Source: Polyangia bacterium
GTDB lineage: Bacteria > Myxococcota_A > Polyangia > JAAYKL01
Direction of reading: 5' to 3'
Assembly: GCA_050287845.1 (NCBI GenBank)
Contig: JBNKCR010000026.1
Coordinates: forward strand, 18,353-82,352
Length of the DNA stretch: 64,000 bases
Part shown: positions 38,860-48,285 of the stretch, in pieces
Layout: each line of letters opens with the position of its first letter
Position numbering within the stretch: position 1 is the stretch's first letter
Position numbers and translations under genes: made by a program
Notes under the pieces: model-generated
Database searches by the model: none
What the model saw: only the letters and a program-made list of their open reading frames with translations
What the model was told of the DNA's origin: nothing

Positions 38860-40137
38860 TCACTCATCCCCTCCAGAAACGATGCTCTTTTTCATGCAAC
38901 TAATGCTCGTCACAAGCTGTCCAGTTGCTTTATCGTAAAGTTTGTACTCGTGTTCTCTGCAATCCAGAAATTCAGATGGAATTTGAATAAAAAATCCATG
39001 GTTTCCCTGGTTTATTTTGTGGGGGATCAAATCATCCCGATGTGTATGACACATCACGTCAATATGATAATGGTCATCTATTATAACTTTTGCCTCCCTT
39101 GGGTGCACGTCGCCACGGATAGCTAGCCACCCGTTTAACATTCCAACGGATGGATCATCCACGGTACAAATGTCTCCTTCAATCTTACCGTCCACCTTCC
39201 GTGCAGACTCAATGGCATCAAAGTACTGTTTGAATGCAAGCATCCGGGTCTCATGATCGGAAGAGACCTTCTGAAAGGAAGGAATCTTTTCCTGGTTTCG
39301 CCAAATCAACAGGATTTTCTTTTCGTCAGATAACGTCATCGACCCAAATATCCGCTCAAGCGCGTGCTCCGGTTTTTCATCGTTCTCTCCCGTTTCGGGT
39401 TCGAACTCCAGATTCACCAGACGTTCAGCAAAGGGGAAGCTACTCGGTCGTATCCAGAACATAGACCCCATAAAAAAACCATCATGTCCATGTGAAAACC
39501 TGGGTACTGAATATGATTTGCATATTTTCTCAATATTGGGACCATTGTTCCCTATAAAAAGTGGATGAGGGGCATACAGAAGCTCGTTGCCGGCAATGGC
39601 CACATTCGGATCACGCTGGAACTCTTGAACCATCGCTGCAATTTCGTTGCGAGTGCCGAATATTCCATCCAGAAGTAAATCCTTCCATGCTTCGGCATAA
39701 TCCGGATCACCCTTTTTAGTATGCACTTTACAGCACAATTCATATTTACTAATCAACGGCCAATTTTTTACAAATGGCGCCATATCCCTTCCCCTATTTT
39801 CACAAAAATCTATCCTGGCATTCGGGAAAGCAGACCTCACCGTTCTGACCGCAGGACTGTTTTCATGAAGGGGCGTCGTCACCAGCACATCGTATGGAGC
39901 AGGGATATTCTGAATTCCCTGAATACATTCACTTATGACGTCATTGTGAAAAACGTGAAAAACAACCAGAACTTTAAGCGTGTGTTTAAGCTTCTTCTCT
40001 ACATATCCGATGTTGTATGCAAGTATTTTGTCAAGGATGGGATTTTCCGCAATGGCCTTTTTATAATATTCCAGAGCCAGTCCGTACCGATGTTCATTGA
40101 ATGCACCATTTCCCCTTTTCAAATATGACTGTCTCAA
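38860..40137 (-). CDS. RgpF-family (rhamnan synthesis F-like) protein with an N-terminal TPR-like helix and a C-terminal Ig-like module
   Basis: HVFH, ENRGRDMAPF, KVHTKKG, FF.GSMFW.R, HALER. Confidence 0.82.
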   Translation of the reverse strand: MRQSYLKRGNGAFNEHRYGLALEYYKKAIAENPILDKILAYNIGYVEKKLKHTLKVLVVFHVFHNDVISECIQGIQNIPAPYDVLVTTPLHENSPAVRTVRSAFPNARIDFCENRGRDMAPFVKNWPLISKYELCCKVHTKKGDPDYAEAWKDLLLDGIFGTRNEIAAMVQEFQRDPNVAIAGNELLYAPHPLFIGNNGPNIEKICKSYSVPRFSHGHDGFFMGSMFWIRPSSFPFAERLVNLEFEPETGENDEKPEHALERIFGSMTLSDEKKILLIWRNQEKIPSFQKVSSDHETRMLAFKQYFDAIESARKVDGKIEGDICTVDDPSVGMLNGWLAIRGDVHPREAKVIIDDHYHIDVMCHTHRDDLIPHKINQGNHGFFIQIPSEFLDCREHEYKLYDKATGQLVTSISCMKKSIVSGGDE

Positions 40138-40157
40138 TCTATTTTCCTCAAAGGTGC

Positions 40158-40616
40158 CTATAGTGATTCAGATACAATTTTCAGCGCATTCTCCAATAGA
40201 TTTTTCAATGCAATCCTATCCGATTCACGCTCAGTAAATAACATCTCTTTTAAAGAAGTTGTCGAGATGTCCTTCGTCCGGGGGAGATATACAACCTCAC
40301 AATGTGCTTGCAAAAAATCAAATTTCCCAGCCCAGTCGTCTCCCATTGCAAATGTACTGACATTATGTCGTTGAATATCATCAATTTTTTGTTCCCACGT
40401 GTCTTCAGGTATTACTTTATCAACATATCGAATACTCTCCAGTATCGTCTTTCTATGGTTGTAAGGTATAATCGTCTTTTTTCCTTTTACAGTATTGAAT
40501 TCATCTGTCGACAATCCAACAATAAGATTGTCTCCGAGCGCTCGAGTACGCTTCAACAAATTTACATGACCAATGTGAAACAGGTCAAATGTTCCATAGG
40601 TTAGTATTGTCTTCAT
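40158..40616 (-). CDS. tagD: Glycerol-3-phosphate cytidylyltransferase
   Basis: TYGTFDLFHIGH, GLSTDEFN, WEQK, MGDDW.GKFD, YLPRT..ISTT. Confidence 0.93.
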   Translation of the reverse strand: MKTILTYGTFDLFHIGHVNLLKRTRALGDNLIVGLSTDEFNTVKGKKTIIPYNHRKTILESIRYVDKVIPEDTWEQKIDDIQRHNVSTFAMGDDWAGKFDFLQAHCEVVYLPRTKDISTTSLKEMLFTERESDRIALKNLLENALKIVSESL

Positions 40617-40707
40617 ACTGAAAATACCTTTCTAAAAGTAACCTGCTGAAAAATAGTTCATTGTGCCTGCAATACGATTTTCCGCTCGATGACATTTATG
40701 GCGAAAA

Positions 40708-43284
40708 TTATTGAGGTTGAGAATTCAAATAGTGAATTATAGGGTTCATGTTTTGGTCTACCAGTTCCGGATGTGTATCTAAATATTGCTTTGTATTGAA
40801 ATTTGCATTGGGGTTGTGGCCAAGCTTCCATCCAATTTCAAGAAAATGAATCAGCGGATTAATTTCAGGTGAATGTAAAGCATATTTGGATTTGTAAAAG
40901 ACTATGTCAAATAAGGCGTGCGGCTGTCGGTTTTCTCGATAGCCAATTTTTACAAAATGAATCAGTGGATTAACTCCTGCGTCTTTCACATCCCGATTTG
41001 ATTTCAAATAGAACACAACATCAAAAAGCGGATGTGGATTCAAACCTTGTTTCCAACCACTATATAAAAAATGCGTGAGAGGATTATCTAATCTCTTATT
41101 GTTTAACGACGAGATTTGACTTCGATAATACTCAATGTCAAATAATGGATGTGGGTTGGCGCCGTGATTTTGACCATATTGAATAAAGTGGAAAAAAAGC
41201 GAAGTTTCCTGCGGGATCTGTACCACCCATTGCTTTCGATAATAATCGAAATTAAAAAGCGGATGTGGTGCGAATCGGTTGCAATTCTGGATGAAGTGGT
41301 CAACAAGGTCAGTTGCTTTAAAATAAAGTTCCGGATGGGATTCCAAATAAAATTTTGAATCGAATAATTTGCTGTTTTTTAAAATTCGTTTCAGTTTCGT
41401 ATGCTGCCTTGCGACCAAAGGGTGTCGAATAATGGAAAAAAGACGCCTTGCAAGAAAAAAAGGCCAAAACAATCTCGCTTTTTTCATCAATTCTTTTCGA
41501 AAAAATTCTCTCCAACTCTGCAAAATTTTGTGTTCGGCAACTACTTCTGAAAGTAGTACATGTTGATATTCTAAATGGTTTGATTGCCTTTCAATTTTTT
41601 TTGACAGCGAAGAAAGTATGTCTGAATGACATTTAAATTGCTTGTGAATCGTTTTTTCGTGTTGAAATGACTGGTCTTGTAACTCAGTGATTTTTAATAT
41701 TTGCTGTTGAAGTGGTTCAATATTGTTACATATAGATTCTTGAATATGGGTACCTAAAAAGCTCACGCTTTCATCAATGGAATTGATTTTCCCCTCATTT
41801 TTACTTTGAAAGGTTAATAGTCGTTCCAATGTTGATTGGGACTCCTGTTGTATCGAATCAAGTGTTTCAACATGTTTTTTCAATGAGTTAAGATTGGAAT
41901 GAATGGCATTTTGCACATTCGATATTTGATCTATCGCGTGGGTGGCATGATCAACTTGATTGTGCTGTACATCTATTTGCTCCTTAATAGCGAAAATCGA
42001 ATTAGTGCTAATTTCTAACTTTTCTTTTTGGCGGAAACTTTCGCTATTTAAATCGAGAAGAATTTTTTCAATTTTGCCGCTTTTTTTAGCACTTTCCAAG
42101 TTTTGAAATTTTATCCCCCTCAGCTCTTTCCCCAAATCAATCCGGTTCTGCGCATCTGTGAGAAATGAGTGGCTCAGGCGAAATACATCCAATTGATTCA
42201 TCGCCAAATAATGAACTGATATTTCAACTGAAGCGATTGAGACATCCGTTATGAATTCTATTTGGCTATCGGGGATAAGAAAATAAAATACATTTTCAAG
42301 AAAAAATGTTGCGTTTGATTTAGTATATTCCAGCCTTCGCTTTTCCCCATCACAATCCGTTATCTCAACATAATTCAGACGAACGACGACTTCATGATTG
42401 GCAGGGTCAAATCGAAATCGTCGAACAGAATAATCTGACAGATCAAAATGTAGTGTTTCAGAACCCTCGACGACATTCCGCTGAATCGCATTTGTACGGT
42501 TTAATCCCGTTCCTGTATCATAATAAAGTACAGCGGTTTCAGATGGCGTATTTTGATACTGCGAAAGCTCGTTCCTCAAATATTGTATTATTTTCCCTTG
42601 CAGCTCTCCAACTGGGATAATGTTGGATTTTTGATGAGAAGAGGGTTTGTTCGGTGTATCATCATAAACAAGTTCCGGAATGACATCGTTGTCGGAATTT
42701 CGATGAACAAATGTTTTCTGGGCTACTTGCTTAAAGGCATTTTCAAATAGCTCGTATTCCATTCCGGATAAAATGGGTACTAACTTTTGATACAAATAGG
42801 CAGCTTCAGTCACCAGACGCGGGTAAGATAAAAATGTGACTGGAATATTAAATGTTCCTAGAAAAAGACAAAACTCATAAAGTTTTTCTAAAAAAAATGG
42901 TTTTTGAAGGTCAGTGTCATTGACACTCTCCAGCCCTCCCCAAACTTTGCTTAAATCGATTCCTTCAGGTAAACTTTCAATATTTTTAAGGCGACTCCGG
43001 ACCGCAGCATCTATATCTCGAAGAGGTATAAAAACATGATCAATTATTACATTACTGTCGTTCTTTAAAAAATCCTTCAACTGCCACATTAGTTTGGGAT
43101 TTTTGATGATGTATGGCAGATTTGGTCCTAGTCCTTGATGTTCAAGTCCTGCTCTGACTTGGTTGTCAATAGGCAAATATTCATCTGTGAATCCTGTATC
43201 AAAGTGTAATTTTGTAAGCAATTGTACTAAAAATGTTGTTCCCGACCGTCCTGGACCAGTAATGATAATATGTCTTTTTTTCAT
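40708..43284 (-). CDS. Sulfotransferase-like P-loop domain, beta domain, long coiled coil and C-terminal repeat array
   Basis: ITGPGRSGTTFL, IKNP; YYDTG...RFDP; Q/E/K/S-rich heptads; about six HPLFD..YY/NPL.HF repeats. Confidence 0.7.
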   Translation of the reverse strand: MKKRHIIITGPGRSGTTFLVQLLTKLHFDTGFTDEYLPIDNQVRAGLEHQGLGPNLPYIIKNPKLMWQLKDFLKNDSNVIIDHVFIPLRDIDAAVRSRLKNIESLPEGIDLSKVWGGLESVNDTDLQKPFFLEKLYEFCLFLGTFNIPVTFLSYPRLVTEAAYLYQKLVPILSGMEYELFENAFKQVAQKTFVHRNSDNDVIPELVYDDTPNKPSSHQKSNIIPVGELQGKIIQYLRNELSQYQNTPSETAVLYYDTGTGLNRTNAIQRNVVEGSETLHFDLSDYSVRRFRFDPANHEVVVRLNYVEITDCDGEKRRLEYTKSNATFFLENVFYFLIPDSQIEFITDVSIASVEISVHYLAMNQLDVFRLSHSFLTDAQNRIDLGKELRGIKFQNLESAKKSGKIEKILLDLNSESFRQKEKLEISTNSIFAIKEQIDVQHNQVDHATHAIDQISNVQNAIHSNLNSLKKHVETLDSIQQESQSTLERLLTFQSKNEGKINSIDESVSFLGTHIQESICNNIEPLQQQILKITELQDQSFQHEKTIHKQFKCHSDILSSLSKKIERQSNHLEYQHVLLSEVVAEHKILQSWREFFRKELMKKARLFWPFFLARRLFSIIRHPLVARQHTKLKRILKNSKLFDSKFYLESHPELYFKATDLVDHFIQNCNRFAPHPLFNFDYYRKQWVVQIPQETSLFFHFIQYGQNHGANPHPLFDIEYYRSQISSLNNKRLDNPLTHFLYSGWKQGLNPHPLFDVVFYLKSNRDVKDAGVNPLIHFVKIGYRENRQPHALFDIVFYKSKYALHSPEINPLIHFLEIGWKLGHNPNANFNTKQYLDTHPELVDQNMNPIIHYLNSQPQ

Positions 43285-43361
43285 TTGAGTTGCCTAAACA
43301 TAGCGGTGAAATTCTGGCTATCACATGAGTTCACTGAAAAATAAAACGCACACCGGAAACT

Positions 43362-46300
43362 CTATTTTACTGAATCACCATCATCAAAGGAGCCCAAAAT
43401 ATCATTTGAAATAAACGTGCTTACATTTGGAAAATTCTTCATTATTTCATTCGCCAATCTCATCCGGCTTTCTTTTTTTGTATCGTTATTATTATTTATG
43501 ACATCATCCAAAAAATATTGGATGTCTGATTCAGTATAGGCAATGTAACATTCATTGAGACATTTTATACCCAGATCGGTAAATTTATCTCTGATATCGT
43601 CGGGTGATTTCAACATATAACAACATGGCATTTTTGTATAAAAGTATTCCACAAGAAATGAACCACAATCTTGAATTATTCCGTCCGACTGCACGAAGTC
43701 CTCAAAATAATTGCGTACAGAGCTGATTCGCATGTTTGGATATGATGTTAGCTTCTGAATATACTCGTCAACTTGCTGTTCATCCCACAGCCCACTTTTA
43801 GCCAGGGAAATGAAAAGCGCCGGATGCGGACGGAAGACAAAGTCGATATCGGGATACAGCTTCGGCAATTTCACAAACAGATCTGCATATTTTTCGAAGT
43901 TGGAAAGTGCGAGAACCTTATTAAAACCTTTATCAATAGAGTGATGTGGTGCGATGAGTATTGTTTTCCTCGTGCGTTTTTCCCTACCATACTTGGCAAG
44001 TTCGTCCATTTTACAATATCCCGACAGTACGGCATTTTTTTCAGACGCAATTCCAAATTTTTCATACTCTTTCCAGTTGTAGTCTGTTTCAACATAGACT
44101 TTCCAGAAAAAATTATAGTAGTCCGTCTGAAGTATTAAGCGGTCGTATTTCGAACGAAAGAAACCATAATTTATATGAAATGGTAATACCGATTTTCTGA
44201 AAATATAATCGAGGTTATATTGTTCAATAGAAAATCGATACGGCAGAGGATAGCATACCAAGTCGCAATTTTCTGTTATATCGACAAAACTATTATTCTT
44301 TTCGTCAAAGGCCAATTCGACATGTTCTAACTCCTGGGATAATGCTTTGTGCGCAGCGTGCATGTCATCAATACCCTTTTGATATCCAAAACGAACATCG
44401 GGGATAACAACAATTTTCGCATCAAATTCAGCTTTTGTTAAAAGTAGATCATAGAGCGGTTTGGCTGGAAACATTGTCGGCCAGGCAACAAGGAAACAGA
44501 CACGGATTTTCTTTCCTTCGCAAAATCTATTTTTAATTTGTCTGTGAATTTTTTCGTAATGTTTGAACTGTAAATCAATTCCGTATTCTACAGGTATATC
44601 TTTTCTTGTATTCCGAGACTTAATTTTATTCAAAAGATGCTCATTAATACAATCAAACAGCAGACTATTTTTTTGTCGTATGAAATCAAGAATCGCCTCA
44701 GGCGCTTCCACGCTTGAGCCCATCAGTACTTTGATTTTCGCCAGAGGCATTCGAAAATCGCGCAGTAGTGATAAAGTTTTTTTGGTTGGAATGGGTGCGT
44801 TGTACGTATCAGAAAAATTTATGTCAATGTATGTATCACAAGAAAATCCTGCCGTTTGAAGAACGTGAGTAAATTTCATTTCATATTCTGTAACAACCCA
44901 GGAAGGAGAAATCTGCCGCTTAACACCCAACAAGAAATCCGAAAATACGGAACTGGTATAAACATGCCTTTTAAATACATAAAAGAAACTCTGAATATGT
45001 GCGTGTGTGACTTCACTGGATGCCTTGCTCAGTGTGAGTCCCCAAAAATCACACCTTCTATTTTTCATTGACTCAACCGCTTCAACAAAAGGAAATACAG
45101 GGCCATAACAACTGTCATTACAAAAAAGCAGTTCATCAAACTGGTTCAACAATCCATGACTATTTAAAAATAAAAATCCACGTTTATATGAACCGAAATC
45201 ATATTCGTTGTGCCTCTTGAAAATAAAGTGCGATACAAAAGGACGAATTTTCTTCAATTGTTCGGGAAAGATCGGATTGTCTGCAACAAATACAATGGCA
45301 TCTGCAATCGTTTTTATTCCACGCAACAACTCAACCACGTAATCTTCAATGCAGCCATTTCCGCTGAATGACGCAAATACTGCTACGCGTCCCAGAGATG
45401 ATGAAGTTATTGGTGCGACCGTTTCTGTCATTTCAAGGGTCCCCATGGGAAACTGAAAATCTTTTATTTCAGCGTAACGCTTTATTCGACCTTCTTTCCA
45501 TCCCCACTTTTCATAATGTATAAGTGGATTAATATGTACAACTGCTACATCAGGATTTATTTCAAGATATTCTGTTGTGCTGAATGCGCGTGAGGGATTG
45601 CGACCCGTTTTCCATCCGAATTTAAGATAGTGTTTTGCAGGATCAATCCCGGCTGAGGCAACATCAATATTATTTTTGAGATACCAATCCGAATCGAAGT
45701 ACCTGGAGTTTTGAATAATTTGACGATAATTATCCGCACCGGACTCCATCATTCGGACAATAAAATTATGAGATTTTCCGTAACAAATGTAATGAAACAA
45801 AGGGCACATGCCTGAAGGAAATGACTCATTCTTTTCGATGTAAACTTGCGTGCAAAAATTCGGACTAGGATCTCGAAATTCTTTCCAACCATAGCGAATA
45901 TAGTGTGTTATAGGGTCCAAACCTGCATTTTTTACATCTGGATATTTCTGAAGGTACCATTTGGCGTCAAATAAATTTGACTCATAAATTCGAAAATAGT
46001 TGAGAAGCTCAGATCTATAAAAGCGACTCGACAGCATCGATTGCTGATGATGTGCGCTCTTCAGCTTTTCATAGTGTACCAATGGACATAATTCTTTCAT
46101 TGCGGAATCCGCCATAAAAGATTCAGCTAAATATTTTTTAGTCTCGAACAGTGACGAAGGGTTTCTGCCTTCTTTCCAGCCATGAAAATAATAGTGGTGT
46201 CTGGGATCAATGCCAGACATCGCCACGTCCGGATTTTGTTTCAGATACCAATCTGTATTAAAAAAAATAGAGCTATCAAAAATTTTTTCGATTTCAGTCA

Positions 46301-46643
46301 GACAATTACGCTGCTGCGCCAGACTGGTAAAATGTGATAAGTCTTTTCCTGTCGTTTCAAAAAAAAATAACGGACACGTATTTGGGGGGAGTTGACTTTC
46401 ATACATTTCAATATAATCGGAAGTACAAAAAAGAGGGCTCGGGTCCAGCTTTTTTTTCCATCCGATCGACATGTAATGAAATGCCGCTTTGGCAGGAGCA
46501 ACACGAAGATTAGCATAGGTTGCTACATACCAATCTTTATCAAAAAAAGAAGAATTCTCTACTATTTGAATGTCTTCCTCTGACACACGAAACTTTAAAC
46601 GGAATAGTCTATTAAATAACATTGATTTCTTGCTTCGTACCAA
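43362..46643 (-). CDS. Repeat array, RgpF-like domain and CDP-glycerol glycerophosphotransferase (TagF/TagB-like) fusion
   Basis: Four double FD..WY repeats; YDFGSYK, NDSCYGP, HIQSFF, YE..FT; GY.KMD, IAPHH, FRPHP, D.GSF..EY. The start is the TTG at 46643 or the ATG at 46622. Confidence 0.82.
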   Translation of the reverse strand: MVRSKKSMLFNRLFRLKFRVSEEDIQIVENSSFFDKDWYVATYANLRVAPAKAAFHYMSIGWKKKLDPSPLFCTSDYIEMYESQLPPNTCPLFFFETTGKDLSHFTSLAQQRNCLTEIEKIFDSSIFFNTDWYLKQNPDVAMSGIDPRHHYYFHGWKEGRNPSSLFETKKYLAESFMADSAMKELCPLVHYEKLKSAHHQQSMLSSRFYRSELLNYFRIYESNLFDAKWYLQKYPDVKNAGLDPITHYIRYGWKEFRDPSPNFCTQVYIEKNESFPSGMCPLFHYICYGKSHNFIVRMMESGADNYRQIIQNSRYFDSDWYLKNNIDVASAGIDPAKHYLKFGWKTGRNPSRAFSTTEYLEINPDVAVVHINPLIHYEKWGWKEGRIKRYAEIKDFQFPMGTLEMTETVAPITSSSLGRVAVFASFSGNGCIEDYVVELLRGIKTIADAIVFVADNPIFPEQLKKIRPFVSHFIFKRHNEYDFGSYKRGFLFLNSHGLLNQFDELLFCNDSCYGPVFPFVEAVESMKNRRCDFWGLTLSKASSEVTHAHIQSFFYVFKRHVYTSSVFSDFLLGVKRQISPSWVVTEYEMKFTHVLQTAGFSCDTYIDINFSDTYNAPIPTKKTLSLLRDFRMPLAKIKVLMGSSVEAPEAILDFIRQKNSLLFDCINEHLLNKIKSRNTRKDIPVEYGIDLQFKHYEKIHRQIKNRFCEGKKIRVCFLVAWPTMFPAKPLYDLLLTKAEFDAKIVVIPDVRFGYQKGIDDMHAAHKALSQELEHVELAFDEKNNSFVDITENCDLVCYPLPYRFSIEQYNLDYIFRKSVLPFHINYGFFRSKYDRLILQTDYYNFFWKVYVETDYNWKEYEKFGIASEKNAVLSGYCKMDELAKYGREKRTRKTILIAPHHSIDKGFNKVLALSNFEKYADLFVKLPKLYPDIDFVFRPHPALFISLAKSGLWDEQQVDEYIQKLTSYPNMRISSVRNYFEDFVQSDGIIQDCGSFLVEYFYTKMPCCYMLKSPDDIRDKFTDLGIKCLNECYIAYTESDIQYFLDDVINNNNDTKKESRMRLANEIMKNFPNVSTFISNDILGSFDDGDSVK

Positions 46644-47430
46644 ATGTAATAACTGCCGATTTAGATTAAAATTATCGCTACCAGGTCACTAACAGGTGAC
46701 CTTCATGCACTCCCTGAATTTGGCGGTAGAATTATCAAAGTAGCTTTCATTGGTCCAGCCGATAATTTCCCTGATGCCGAATTGCGGTCAGTTTAAGCAA
46801 AATATTCGTCCGCACGGACACTTTGCCCCATGTATTGCTTCTTTTTGCCCTGTACATCCGGATCATATGAATCACACGCTTTCGTTTTACTGATTCATTT
46901 ACCTGAGTGACTGAATATCTGGAAGTTATTGAGAGCAACAAGAGACCAGGGGCGGACCATTTGTGAACTTCCTTGATTTCGTACTCGTTCTGGCCTACCA
47001 GTTTTCACAATATCCTGCTAATATTTTCAAGACTCCCCACAATAAACAATCAAAACCCGACATTTTGACGGGTTTGCAATATTATACTTACGCTTCCAAT
47101 TTGTATCACACAACGTTCCGTGCCCATTCAATGGACTTCCCTTTGTGATGCCCAAATTTGTTCACGGAAGATAAATCCACTCTGTTCACGAAAATATCAA
47201 ATTGCTTCGACAGCCCCTACATAGTCAGCAGAACGTCGACTACATTAGATAGTTTCATAATACATGTCAAAACATTTCAAAACACATGGAATTGTCACCT
47301 TCAGAACCTTGCTTTCTCAGGTCTTAAGCAACTGGACTTGCCCGGAATTTCTGGCCAACGAAGTCTTCATTTTTCTCTCGAATATGTAAAAAATTGGCTT
47401 CCTCCCCAGCTGAGCAAGGGAACTCCCATC

Positions 47431-47703
47431 TTAATTGGGCAACACTGAACGCCATCTCCAAAGGACTAAAAAACCAGAAAGAATGCGATGGATTAGTGGG
47501 TTTATATCTTTGCCAGACAACTCAGGATGACTTTTAATATATGTTTCCGAACAAAATTCCGCACACGTCTCAAACCGATTTTTCCAACCGGTTTCAAGGA
47601 AATATATAAAAGGATCAAACCCCAGCAATGTAAGCAAATGGGTTAAGAAAGTCGTTCCGGAACGTCCGGGGCCTGTTGTCAGAACATGTCGCTTTGATGG
47701 CAT
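47431..47703 (-). pseudogene. Internally deleted paralog of 40708-43284
   Basis: KRHVLTTGPGRSGTTFLTHLLT.LGFD is joined directly to PFIYFLE.GWK......F....Y...HPEL....INPLIH, i.e. the first ~30 and last ~45 aa of that protein. Confidence 0.75.
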
Positions 47704-48285
47704 AATTTCTCCAGTCCCAAAATCGCCAAAATTCATCAAAGACTATAGTGCGCTTTCAACGATCCGTTTAAACCCGCCGAATCAAAGTTTGTCCCTGTTT
47801 AGCACCTTTTTTTTGGAGGTGGCAAGTTAAGATTCGGGTGCAATAGCTCGTTCCGTCGTTCTTTTGTTTCGTAGAATATATTAACCGAGGTTCCGGGCGA
47901 GATCACTGTGGCTATATTCGATGAGTGTTCGTATATTTTTCCTCACATTTACGCACTGTCTGAATGACGCTTTTCGGCTGGTGACACCGTTTATACATGT
48001 TCTTTGCACTGCATTTTATTCGCTAATTGAAATTGATTTTTTCGACTCGACCAACAGTCATCATCTCGCAATTTTATTAGCACTGCAACTTCGATGCGTA
48101 CATGATCGAATATCAAATCGATTTCCCTGGCGACCCCCAAATAGAACTTGAAAATCATTGCGGAAGACCATAGGGTGAGGCAGCTTTGGCTGTCTTATTG
48201 ATTTACTTCGGGGTTAGCCGATGTTGGACAACAAACAATTAGTCGGCTTACACCAGCGCGAAACATCGGGTCGGAAAGTTATTGT

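Noticed and set aside
46722..46729. GGCGGTAG, an ops/JUMPstart-like octamer
   Set aside because: It is on the + strand, opposite to the adjacent minus-strand operon and 1.5 kb from the next + gene, with no JUMPstart context; likely chance.
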